A stretch of DNA of 32,000 nucleotides, taken from contig NC_008312.1 in NCBI RefSeq assembly GCF_000014265.1, forward strand, positions 2,040,001 to 2,072,000. Reading direction: 5' to 3'. The notes under the pieces are model-generated. The model made no database searches, was not told the origin of the DNA, and worked only from the letters and a program-made list of their open reading frames with translations. The DNA comes from Trichodesmium erythraeum IMS101 (GTDB lineage: Bacteria; Cyanobacteriota; Cyanobacteriia; Cyanobacteriales; Microcoleaceae). The translations under genes and the position numbers were made by a program. Position 1 is the first letter of the stretch. Each line of letters opens with the position of its first letter. This document shows positions 1 to 9,483 of the stretch, piece after piece.

Positions 1-455
1 TAGATTATTTATCTAAAATCTAATAACTAAGACGTTTGAGATGAATAAAACATCAATAAATACTATTAAGTAAATTATTTATCTAAAATCTAATAACTAA
101 GACGTTTGAGATGAATAAAGCATCAATAAATACTATTAAGTAAATTATTTATCTAAAATCTAATAACTAAGACGTTTGAGATGAATAAAGCATCAATAAA
201 TACTATTAAGTAAATTATTTATCTAAAATCTAATAACTAAGACGTTTGAGATGAATAAAGCATCAATAAATACTATTAAGTAAATTATTTATCTAAAATC
301 TAATAACTAAGACGTTTGAGATGAATAAAACATCAATAAATACTATTAAGTAAATTATTTATCTAAAATCTAATAACTAAGACGTTTGAGATGAATAAAA
401 CATCAATAAATACTATTAAGTAAATTATTTATCTAAAATCTAAAACCTAGACATT
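1..455. repeat. Tandem repeat, 70-bp unit, 6 full copies plus a degenerate partial 7th; may continue upstream of the window
   Basis: Units start at 1, 71, 141, 211, 281, 351 and 421 (partial). Unit sequence is taaattatttatctaaaatctaataactaagacgtttgagatgaataaa[a/g]catcaataaatactattaag. The only internal polymorphism is A/G at unit position 50, in the order A G G G A A. Copy 1 begins tagatt instead of taaatt. Confidence 0.95.
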
Positions 456-748
456 ATCTGCATTTTTCCCTCTTCAGGTAATGAATACACCAAAGTCAGC
501 AAAAATAATTGAAGGGTATTGTTTGGTATTTTTTTCCATGCATGAGAGCTCTGGAACTGATGATATATCAGGATTCTATATTTACTCAGCCAGACCTAAT
601 TGTTCTTACTTTTTATCACTCCCCCGCTCCTCTACTCCTCTACTCTTTCACTCAACAAAGTATAACAAAAACATATTAACATTAGTATTAGGTTTATTTA
701 CTGAACCTAATATACTTGGTAGTATCATAAAAATCTACCACCTCAAAC

Positions 749-1705
749 CTACTCTTCTTCAATAAATTCACAAATTTGTTTATCCACATAATTATCATCT
801 ACATTTTTAGTAATTAATTCTGCCAAAATTCCTAAAGATATTAACTGTACAGAAAGAATAATACACAAAATTCCAAATAAAAATAAAGGGCGATTACCTA
901 TCGGTCGAATCTCCATAAACCAAAGTACAATTAAATATCCCAAAGATGTCATTCCTATAACACCAAATAATAATCCTAAACTACCAAACAAATGACCTGG
1001 TTTATGTAAATAATAAGTAGTTACTAAAACTGTTAATAGATCAATAAATCCACGAGTATAACGTTCTAAACCATACTTGGATTTACCCTTTGTACGACTA
1101 TGATGTTCTACAACTACTTCAGTAATTTTAAATCCTAAACTATGAGCTAATACCGGAATATAACGATGTAATTCTCCATAGACCTTTATACAATCTAATA
1201 CCTCTTTTTTATAAGCTTTTAAGCCACAATTAAAATCATGTAATTTGACTCCAGTTAAAACCGATGTAACTCCATTAAATAATTTCGAGGGTAATGTTTT
1301 AGAAAGAGGGTCATTACGATGTTTTCGCCATCCAGAAACTAAATCATATCCTGACTCTAACTTTTCCAAAAATTTAGGTATTTCCGCAGGATCATCTTGT
1401 AAGTCTGCGTCTAAAGTAAAGATAATATTTCCTCTAGTTTTTTTAAATCCAGCAGATAAAGCAGAAGATTTACCAAAGTTTCTTCTTAATCTAATTCCTT
1501 TGACTTGACGGGGGTGTTTTTTGATTAATTTATTAATCTCTATCCAAGAGCGATCGCTACTACCATCATCCACAAAAATGATTTCATAATTATCAATTTT
1601 TCCTAAATTCATTACATCCAAAATTCTCTCAAACAAGGGTTTGATTGTAACTTCTTCATTATAAACAGGAATTACAAAACTGAGGTATATATTAAATATC
1701 TCCAT
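749..1705 (-). CDS. Family 2 glycosyltransferase, polyprenyl-phosphate sugar synthase type (ArnC/GtrB/DPM1-like)
   Basis: 318-aa ORF. N-terminal GT-A fold motifs VIPVYNEE, FVDDGSSD and TLDADLQDDP (DXD). Two C-terminal hydrophobic helices (LFGSLGLLFGVIGMTSLGYLIVL and LFLFGILCIILSVQLISLGILAEL), typical of lipid-carrier-charging GT2 enzymes. Confidence 0.85.
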   Translation of the reverse strand: MEIFNIYLSFVIPVYNEEVTIKPLFERILDVMNLGKIDNYEIIFVDDGSSDRSWIEINKLIKKHPRQVKGIRLRRNFGKSSALSAGFKKTRGNIIFTLDADLQDDPAEIPKFLEKLESGYDLVSGWRKHRNDPLSKTLPSKLFNGVTSVLTGVKLHDFNCGLKAYKKEVLDCIKVYGELHRYIPVLAHSLGFKITEVVVEHHSRTKGKSKYGLERYTRGFIDLLTVLVTTYYLHKPGHLFGSLGLLFGVIGMTSLGYLIVLWFMEIRPIGNRPLFLFGILCIILSVQLISLGILAELITKNVDDNYVDKQICEFIEEE

Positions 1706-2044
1706 AAAATAAATAAGAGGGAATTGGTAATAGGAAATACAGAGAATTAATTAATAATTTCTGGTTCATAGTTAATTTTATTTTTGATTTTCGTAAAAGT
1801 CTATTATTCAATCTTAAATTATAATTTTCAAAACTATATTGACGACTTTTTATACTTATTAAAACGGTAGTTATGCGTATATAAACCGTAAATTATTTGT
1901 GAAAAAAATACTATGACATAAGCATAAATTTTTCTATTTAGGATTGTTCTAGTAATTGAAAATCAGGATTAACAACATTAGACAAGGGAGCCAGATACTC
2001 CCAGTATTGTTGTAGCTAACCAAAATAATTACAATAGACTACCA

Positions 2045-3895
2045 TTATAATGCACTACCACCATCAAAACTATGTTTATTTGTTAAAGCTATCCAATCTT
2101 GACGATTTTTCAACTTAACATAAGCTGTTAGAATTTCCTTGGCTGAGATTTGAACATTCTCTTGACTTTCGAGTTTTGACTTTTCACTTTTGACCTCAAT
2201 ATATCCTTTCCAACCTGAAAATTCATATTCTGCTCCTAATAAATTTGCTACATCAGCACGAGGAAAACCAGACATTCCAAAACCTTTTACTACATTTTCT
2301 TGATTCAAAATAGCAATACATTTAATCTGAACATTCTCTTGACTTTTTACTTCCCAGTTTGAAGGAGGTAATAGTGGGTCTGACTTCCTAGCTTGGGAAG
2401 AGTAAGAGGGGAGTTTACTTTTAACTTTACTAACCCATCCATTTACTCTTGCTGTAGTTGGAGAAAATTTAGTCACATTATCAAAATATCCCTGCCAATT
2501 TTCTGGCAGTTTTCCAGTTAATAAATTAGAATTAATTTTCTCATCCAAATTAGCACAAAAATTATCCTTTTTTATATCTCGATTAAAAGGTACTAAACTA
2601 TCAGATTTCAAAGCATCTACTAACCCTAAAAAAGCAGCAGGTCGGTTACCAACTTTCTCTTGAATTAAAGTCGGATCTAAAACTCCTATTTGTAAGGATA
2701 ATGCTACTAAAGGTTGAAAAGTTGCCCGATGAGCAATTTCTTTAAAAGTTTCTGTACCTACTCGATACATTAATATAATCAAAATAGTCAAAAGTGCCAC
2801 TAATGGAGCAACAAAATACCATTGTCTTCTTGGGGTAAATTGTTGTTGTTTTAACCATAAAAAAATCAGAATAATTAGACTTAACCAGAATAGAGCAGGT
2901 AGGGTTCCGTAACGAGAAGCGATCGCTTGTTCTATTCCAAACCCAGAACGACTAACAGCAGCCATCAAAGCAGTACCCAAAGTATAAATTATTATTGATA
3001 ACCAGGGCAACCAATCTTGAGGATAAATTATAAATAACCAATAAATTAAAAATATTCCTGCTAAAACTAATCCTACCCAACCTATTGCCAAAGCCAGGGA
3101 AATATTATGAGTAAAAATTGCTCCTAAATAAATAGGAATGTAAGTAACTATATCAAGAAAATTCAGTTTAGATAATGAGGGATGATGAGAGGGTGTTGTG
3201 TAGGTGATAAAATAAATACCTATTACTAAAACAGAAAAAAATAGATAAGAGAAAGTCAACTTTTTTGGCAATTTATATAGAATGGCAACTCCACATAATA
3301 TAGGCCAAATTCCTAGAGCGGTACTATAACTAATACATCCTAAAATTCCCAAGGTTATACTAGTAATAGCAAATCTATTTTGTTGAGATTCTAGTAATTT
3401 TTTGACGCAAAAAATTGAGGCAATGACAAATAAATTAGCAATTACCCAATGTACTCCACTATATCCGCGCATCCAGTTATGAGCAGCAGCAGGGGTAAAG
3501 TTAAAAACTGAGATAAATAAAATTAGTAAGAAAAGTATCGGACGATGTTTTTTGAGAGTATTAGGTACTAAGATTTTTAATAAAATTCCCTGAACACAAG
3601 CTAGGAAAAATGTAGTTAGACATAACCCAATATTGGAACCTTTAGTAATAACAATATTCAGGGCATAAATTATGGCAGGAATTAAGACAAAATGTTCATT
3701 TGCCCGAAAGATCCAGTCAAAAATATTAGTGGAGAAACCATCTATAGAATAGATATTTTTAATCATCCACCAATAATCGAAATTTAGTAATTCTCCCGCC
3801 TTTGATATCATAAAAAGTACATAAAAAGCAGGTAGTAGAATTGTGATAATTGTGAGGATTATAAAATTAACTTCTGATTTTTTTTTTGCTAACAT
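2045..3895 (-). CDS. Polytopic integral membrane protein with a C-terminal soluble domain; putative GT-C-type glycosyltransferase; paralog of 17447..19189
   Basis: 616-aa ORF. About 12 hydrophobic segments over the first 400 aa, followed by a hydrophilic tail of about 200 aa. Colinear motifs shared with the 580-aa ORF: EHFVLIPAII vs HHRILIPKLI, and AAHNWMRGYSGVHWV vs VQHQNWLWGFTLFWF. Lies next to a GT2 lipid-P-sugar synthase gene. Confidence 0.6.
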   Translation of the reverse strand: MLAKKKSEVNFIILTIITILLPAFYVLFMISKAGELLNFDYWWMIKNIYSIDGFSTNIFDWIFRANEHFVLIPAIIYALNIVITKGSNIGLCLTTFFLACVQGILLKILVPNTLKKHRPILFLLILFISVFNFTPAAAHNWMRGYSGVHWVIANLFVIASIFCVKKLLESQQNRFAITSITLGILGCISYSTALGIWPILCGVAILYKLPKKLTFSYLFFSVLVIGIYFITYTTPSHHPSLSKLNFLDIVTYIPIYLGAIFTHNISLALAIGWVGLVLAGIFLIYWLFIIYPQDWLPWLSIIIYTLGTALMAAVSRSGFGIEQAIASRYGTLPALFWLSLIILIFLWLKQQQFTPRRQWYFVAPLVALLTILIILMYRVGTETFKEIAHRATFQPLVALSLQIGVLDPTLIQEKVGNRPAAFLGLVDALKSDSLVPFNRDIKKDNFCANLDEKINSNLLTGKLPENWQGYFDNVTKFSPTTARVNGWVSKVKSKLPSYSSQARKSDPLLPPSNWEVKSQENVQIKCIAILNQENVVKGFGMSGFPRADVANLLGAEYEFSGWKGYIEVKSEKSKLESQENVQISAKEILTAYVKLKNRQDWIALTNKHSFDGGSAL

Positions 3896-5013
3896 AAATA
3901 GGAATACAAGACAGGAATTTTGCCACAGATTTACAGATTAATTTGAAACAGGTTAATCTTTGTTATGCTACTTAGAATGTTTGAAAAAAGAATAGACTTG
4001 ACTAGTGGTCTGTCAAAGAGATTTTGTGGATAATTTTTTTCTAATTACTCCCTTTTTTAACTAGGAGGTTTTCCTTCTCCAAAATTAGTAGTCAACTTCG
4101 GGAAAAAATTTTTATTTTTGACCCTAATATTGATAAATTTGAATTTAATTTATTTGGATTTTACAGAGAAAATAACTTTTTCTATTTTTTGAGACTAAAA
4201 AATTATGCTCCTAGAGTTAAAACAAAATATTGTCGTTTTATTATCATTTTTTTATCACCTAAATTTTTACTGAAAATATATTTTATTGTCTATTTAAGTA
4301 GAGAGTCTTAAAATTTTACCCCTATTATTTTCAAACCAATATATTCCTTGTTTTATTTATTTGAAAGTAAAACCTCAGTAAACATTCATGATTATTATGT
4401 ACAAAAGTGAAATGTTTAGACTTTTTTGTAACTCTTTTATTTGCGGTTTATCTTCATTAAAAATTACGTTCTTCAAGCAACTTACTTGTTTTATATTAAC
4501 AAATTTTCTTTGATTTATGGCAAAAATATTTCTGAGTATAACATCTTACTAATATAACACTTTACTACTAATAAAACACCAAGTTTTTTTCAGACTCTTT
4601 ATTTACCCTGATTTATGAACTGTCTATCCTAATTTTGAATATAGGGATAATTTTTATTTTCAAACTTTTATCCTCCAAAGGCAGTAATTATTCTCGTCAG
4701 AGCAGTATCCATGAATCTGATCTATTTCTTGATATCTACTAATTAGCCTTTCTACTTTTGCTAAATCTTTTAATGAATTAAATAGCTTAACTTTAAAGAT
4801 AGGAAGCTTGTCTCTAACGTGTCTAAATTTGTCACAAAAAATTATTATCCTCGGCATAAAAGATAAGAATTCAGCTATTAACAAGTAAATTTTAGCTTTG
4901 AGGATAAATTTTAATTTTCCCTCAGTCGAGGTATAGTATTACTTCCTTACAAAATAATACCTGTAGACCAAATACTAATAATTAAAGACACAAAATATTT
5001 CTGGTACAGCTAC

Positions 5014-7569
5014 TAATAAATAGTAATATAATTACCTGGTGAACCTGTTACCTCTTTCATTGTTAGAAGTACAAAAACAAAGATAAATTTGCCAACTTTA
5101 TCCTCTATTAATTGACTAATATCCAAGTCATTAAAATTAATAATCCCGTGTTTAACCACATTCTATATGAAAGTCAAAAGGTCGATTTAAGTCTTCAGCA
5201 GAAATAGCTTCAGTTCCCCAAATATCTGACCCTACCATCACTATTTTTAAGGTAGATAAATAACGACGGCTATTAATATCAGGTCTAAGCCTTCCATTAA
5301 TAAATAGTAATATAATTACCTGGTGAACCTGTTACCTCTTTCATTGTTAGAAGTACAAAAACAAAGATAAATTTGCCAACTTTATCCTCTATTAATTGAC
5401 TAATATCCAAGTCATTAAAATTAATAATGCCGTGTTTAACCACATTCTATATGAAAGTCAAAAGGTCGATTTAAGTCTTCAGCAGAAATAGCTTCAGTTC
5501 CCCAAATATCTGACCCTACCATCACTATTTTTAAGGTAGATAAATAACGACAACTATTAATATCAGGTCTAAGCCTTCCATTAATAAATAGTAATATAAT
5601 TACCTGGTGAACCTGTTACCTCTTTCATTGTTAGAAGTACAAAAACAAAGATAAATTTGCCAACTTTATCCTCTATTAATTGACTAATATCCAAGTCATT
5701 AAAATTAATAATCCCGTGTTTAACCACATTCTATATGAAAGTCAAAAGGTCGATTTAAGTCTTCAGCAGAAATAGCTTCAGTTCCCCAAATATCTGACCC
5801 TACCATCACTATTTTTAAGGTAGATAAATAACGACAACTATTAATATCAGGTCTAAGCCTTCCATTAATAAATAGTAATATAATTACCTGGTGAACCTGT
5901 TACCTCTTTCATTGTTAGAAGTACAAAAACAAAGATAAATTTGCCAACTTTATCCTCTATTAATTGACTAATATCCAAGTCATTAAAATTAATAATCCCG
6001 TGTTTAACCACATTCTATATGAAAGTCAAAAGGTCGATTTAAGTCTTCAGCAGAAATAGCTTCAGTTCCCCAAATATCTGACCCTACCATCACTATTTTT
6101 AAGGTAGATAAATAACGACAACTATTAATATCAGGTCTAAGCCTTCCATTAATAAATAGTAATATAATTACCTGGTGAACCTGTTACCTCTTTCATTGTT
6201 AGAAGTACAAAAACAAAGATAAATTTGCCAACTTTATCCTCTATTAATTGACTAATATCCAAGTCATTAAAATTAATAATGCCGTGTTTAACCACATTCT
6301 ATATGAAAGTCAAAAGGTCGATTTAAGTCTTCAGCAGAAATAGCTTCAGTTCCCCAAATATCTGACCCTACCATCACTATTTTTAAGGTAGATAAATAAC
6401 GACAACTATTAATATCAGGTCTAAGCCTTCCATTAATAAATAGTAATATAATTACCTGGTGAACCTGTTACCTCTTTCATTGTTAGAAGTACAAAAACAA
6501 AGATAAATTTGCCAACTTTATCCTCTATTAATTGACTAATATCCAAGTCATTAAAATTAATAATCCCGTGTTTAACCACATTCTATATGAAAGTCAAAAG
6601 GTCGATTTAAGTCTTCAGCAGAAATAGCTTCAGTTCCCCAAATATCTGACCCTACCATCACTATTTTTAAGGTAGATAAATAACGACAACTATTAATATC
6701 AGGTCTAAGCCTTCCATTAATAAATAGTAATATAATTACCTGGTGAACCTGTTACCTCTTTCATTGTTAGAAGTACAAAAACAAAGATAAATTTGCCAAC
6801 TTTATCCTCTATTAATTGACTAATATCCAAGTCATTAAAATTAATAATCCCGTGTTTAACCACATTCTATATGAAAGTCAAAAGGTCGATTTAAGTCTTC
6901 AGCAGAAATAGCTTCAGTTCCCCAAATATCTGACCCTACCATCACTATTTTTAAGGTAGATAAATAACGACAACTATTAATATCAGGTCTAAGCCTTCCA
7001 TTAATAAATAGTAATATAATTACCTGGTGAACCTGTTACCTCTTTCATTGTTAGAAGTACAAAAACAAAGATAAATTTGCCAACTTTATCCTCTATTAAT
7101 TGACTAATATCCAAGTCATTAAAATTAATAATGCCGTGTTTAACCACATTCTATATGAAAGTCAAAAGGTCGATTTAAGTCTTCAGCAGAAATAGCTTCA
7201 GTTCCCCAAATATCTGACCCTACCATCACTATTTTTAAGGTAGATAAATAACGACAACTATTAATATCAGGTCTAAGCCTTCCATTAATAAATAGTAATA
7301 TAATTACCTGGTGAACCTGTTACCTCTTTCATTGTTAGAAGTACAAAAACAAAGATAAATTCGCCAACTTTATCCTCTATTAATTGACTAATATCCAAGT
7401 CATTAAAATTAATAATGCCGTGTTTAACCACATTCTATATGAAAGTCAAAAGGTCGATTTAAGTCTTCAGCAGAAATAGCTTCAGTTCCCCAAATATCTG
7501 ACCCTACCATCACTATTTTTAAGGTAGATAAATAACGACGGCTATTAATATCAGGTCTAAGCCTTCCAT
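5014..7569. repeat. Tandem repeat, 284-bp unit x 9, more than 99% identical, non-coding
   Basis: Units start at 5014, 5298, 5582, 5866, 6150, 6434, 6718, 7002 and 7286, an exact 284-bp period. I found only three variable sites. The ORF track has no ORF on either strand between 4885 and 7579. Confidence 0.97.
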
Positions 7570-7789
7570 AATTAAATATTTGACTATTTTTGGCTTTTTT
7601 TTAAGGAATCAGACTATCCCATTCTTTTCCCCAGTAATTACTATTACCTGTGTAAAAAATAACTATATTCTATTATTTTATTCGAGCTATTTTTTGCTTT
7701 TTTTTATTGCTCCTTTAATTATGATTAATGGTAATAATGATCCAGGAATTATTACCATTACCTTGGGGAATTGGTAAACTTTCAAATCC

Positions 7790-8341
7790 TCAATAAGCAT
7801 CAATATTTAACAACACTCTCCTAGTGACATACTCTAACTCTCCAATTTTTTCTACTCCCAATTTATTGAAACCATAGGGTGTTCCAAAGTATTCTAAAAA
7901 GTTACCATTATCAAAATATTTTCTTTGATAAGTATTGACGCCAATATAACCTAAACTATCAAATTGATTACCAACTTTACCTAACTCAGTAACCACATAC
8001 TCATGATGAGCAATAACTTCATTTCCTCCGGATAATTTATAGTTTAGTAGACCGGGAATTATTAATTTCCAATTACGTTTGCCAAATACCGGAGCATAAC
8101 TTTGATAACCATTATCAAGGATAGTAAATTTACCTTTTTTGACTAATTTTAGGGATTATAATTTTTTTTTATTATTAATCCAATTAACTGAACCTACTTC
8201 ATCATTTTTGACAAAAATTTAAGGGCTCTATCTCTCTATTAAAGAAAGTTCATCAGCCATACTTGAGGAATAAAAATTACAGATATTTGATAGGATAAAA
8301 ATAAGTAATCTGCTCAATTTTAAGTAATTAGAAATTTTCAT
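7790..8341 (-). pseudogene. Pseudogene of a small secreted hypothetical protein (184 codons, three in-frame stops, no frameshift)
   Basis: One continuous frame runs from the ATG at 8341 to the TGA at 7790. Translation: MKISNYLKLSRLLIFILSNICNFYSSSMADELSLIER*SP*IFVKNDEVGSVNWINNKKKL*SLKLVKKGKFTILDNGYQSYAPVFGKRNWKL...NIDAY. In-frame stops are TAG (8228-8230), TAA (8219-8221) and TAA (8156-8158). The N-terminus looks like a signal peptide. The ORF-track ORF 7790..7996 is only the tail of this frame. Confidence 0.55.
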
Positions 8342-8532
8342 TGAAAATATTTTAAAACTTGGTTATCCTCAGCAAACAAAAGTATCATATATCTACAGCC
8401 GTTTTGCAAGTATTGGAGGTACAAAATTTTAGAACTTTAGGGAATAGAAAATAAGAAGTAAGGAAAGAGATTAATTTTAAGCTGGAGGCACTGATAACTG
8501 ATAACTAATAACTGTTCCCTAAAATTATATAA

Positions 8533-8567
8533 GCATTCAGCTATTAGCAGTCAGCTTGAGCGCTTTT
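8533..8567. repeat. Short dispersed repeat (gcattca...tagcagtcagcttgagcgctttt family)
   Basis: The 14-mer gcttgagcgctttt (8554-8567) recurs inverted at 22377-22390. The 12-mer tagcagtcagct (8545-8556) recurs inverted at 22761-22772. An imperfect inverted partner lies at 8655-8685 (agctgatagctgagggctgaatac), directly after the thioesterase stop codon. Confidence 0.6.
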
Positions 8568-8694
8568 CCTAGGTCATGCTGGGAAAAATATAAATAAAGC
8601 TAATCATTTTTTTCCTATCAGACTTTTAATTCTTCTGGGAGGCTAATTTCTCCTTCTAGCTGATAGCTGAGGGCTGAATACTTACATAATTATC

Positions 8695-9450
8695 TCATAT
8701 AAATTTTAAGATTGCCTCAATTAAAACTTTTGGTTGTTGTTGGAAAAACATATGACCTCCTGGAAATTCATGTAAGGCAAAGTTACTAATAGTATGCTGT
8801 TCCCATTGAGATAACTTTTGCTTACTAACTTCTATATCATCTGTACCTCTAAAAGCAACGATAGGAAACTCAAAGGGTGCTTCAGGAAAATAAATATATT
8901 TTTCATTGAGGGTAAAGTCAGCTCGCAAAATAGGTAAAAATAATTCCATTAAGTCTTGGTTTTGCAGGACTGCCTCAGGGGTACCACCGTATTCACGCAA
9001 TATGGAAATTAAGATCGGATTAGGTGCTTGATGACGTAGGTTATCAATAGGAATATGAGGAGGGCGACGACCAGAAACAAACATATATTTAGGAATAGGA
9101 AGTTTTTGCCTGCGTAGTTGACGAACTACTTCAAAACTTATTAATGCGCCGAGACTATGCCCGAAAAATACAAAGGGGTATTCTGTAATTAGGGGTTGTA
9201 ATTCTTGAATTAATGGAGATAAGAGGTCATCCCATTTGGTAATCAGGGTTTCTTTGATTCGAGTTTCCCTTCCTGGTAGTTGTATAGCGCAGACCTCTAT
9301 ATTTGAAGGCAAGTATTTTCCCCAGAGGCGAAAAAGAGTAGCACCAGCAGCAGAAGGGTGAAAACAGAATAAACGTAGTTGAGGTTGAGGACAAGGTTGA
9401 AAGATTTTTATCCAAGGAGACGGAGTAGCAATAGTATTCATTAGCTCCAA
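8695..9450 (-). CDS. Type II thioesterase (alpha/beta hydrolase, GrsT/RifR-like)
   Basis: 251-aa ORF. Nucleophile elbow GHSLGA in FFGHSLGALISFEV. N-terminal pattern RLFCFHPSAAGATLFRLW...IEVCAIQLPGRETR is typical of editing thioesterases in NRPS/PKS clusters. The ORF-track start is TTG at 9450; the ATG at 9441 (MNTIATPSPW) is the more likely start. Confidence 0.8.
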   Translation of the reverse strand: MELMNTIATPSPWIKIFQPCPQPQLRLFCFHPSAAGATLFRLWGKYLPSNIEVCAIQLPGRETRIKETLITKWDDLLSPLIQELQPLITEYPFVFFGHSLGALISFEVVRQLRRQKLPIPKYMFVSGRRPPHIPIDNLRHQAPNPILISILREYGGTPEAVLQNQDLMELFLPILRADFTLNEKYIYFPEAPFEFPIVAFRGTDDIEVSKQKLSQWEQHTISNFALHEFPGGHMFFQQQPKVLIEAILKFI

Positions 9451-9483
9451 ATTTAAATCACAAAAATTCTAGCTGTCAAATTG

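Noticed and set aside
481-765. 94-aa plus-strand ORF between the 70-bp array and the GT2 gene
   Set aside because: It has a low-complexity, AT-driven composition and no recognisable motif. It overlaps the 3' end of the convergent GT2 gene, so it is likely spurious.
1245-1508. Plus-strand ORFs lying antisense inside well-supported minus-strand genes (1245..1508, 9488..9739, 25995..26201, 26688..27143, 27783..28037, 29065..29256) and same-strand out-of-frame ORFs (9227..9415, 18561..18767)
   Set aside because: These are shadow ORFs within genes whose main frame has clear family motifs. Their translations are compositionally odd and carry no motifs.
1986-2002. Hairpin gggag-ccagata-ctccc downstream of the 616-aa gene as an intrinsic terminator
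   Set aside because: The stem is only 5 bp and no convincing U-tract follows on the minus strand.
4660-4884. 74-aa minus-strand ORF with a TTG start
   Set aside because: It has no recognisable domain, an alternative start codon and an isolated position in an AT-rich spacer. It may be another gene relic, but I cannot support a call.
5014-7569. Could the 284-bp array, or the 70-bp and ~400-bp arrays, be CRISPR arrays?
   Set aside because: The units are contiguous and essentially identical over their full length. There are no unique spacers between short repeats, and no cas genes are present.
5014-7569. The 284-bp array as a repeat-protein coding region
   Set aside because: The unit length is not divisible by 3. 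Stops occur in all frames of every unit, and the ORF track reports nothing on either strand.
7580-7777. 65-aa plus-strand ORF just after the 284-bp array
   Set aside because: The translation is extremely F/I/L/N-rich, typical of random AT-rich sequence. It contains a 9-bp inverted repeat (ggtaataat / attattacc, approx 7733-7759) rather than coding signal.
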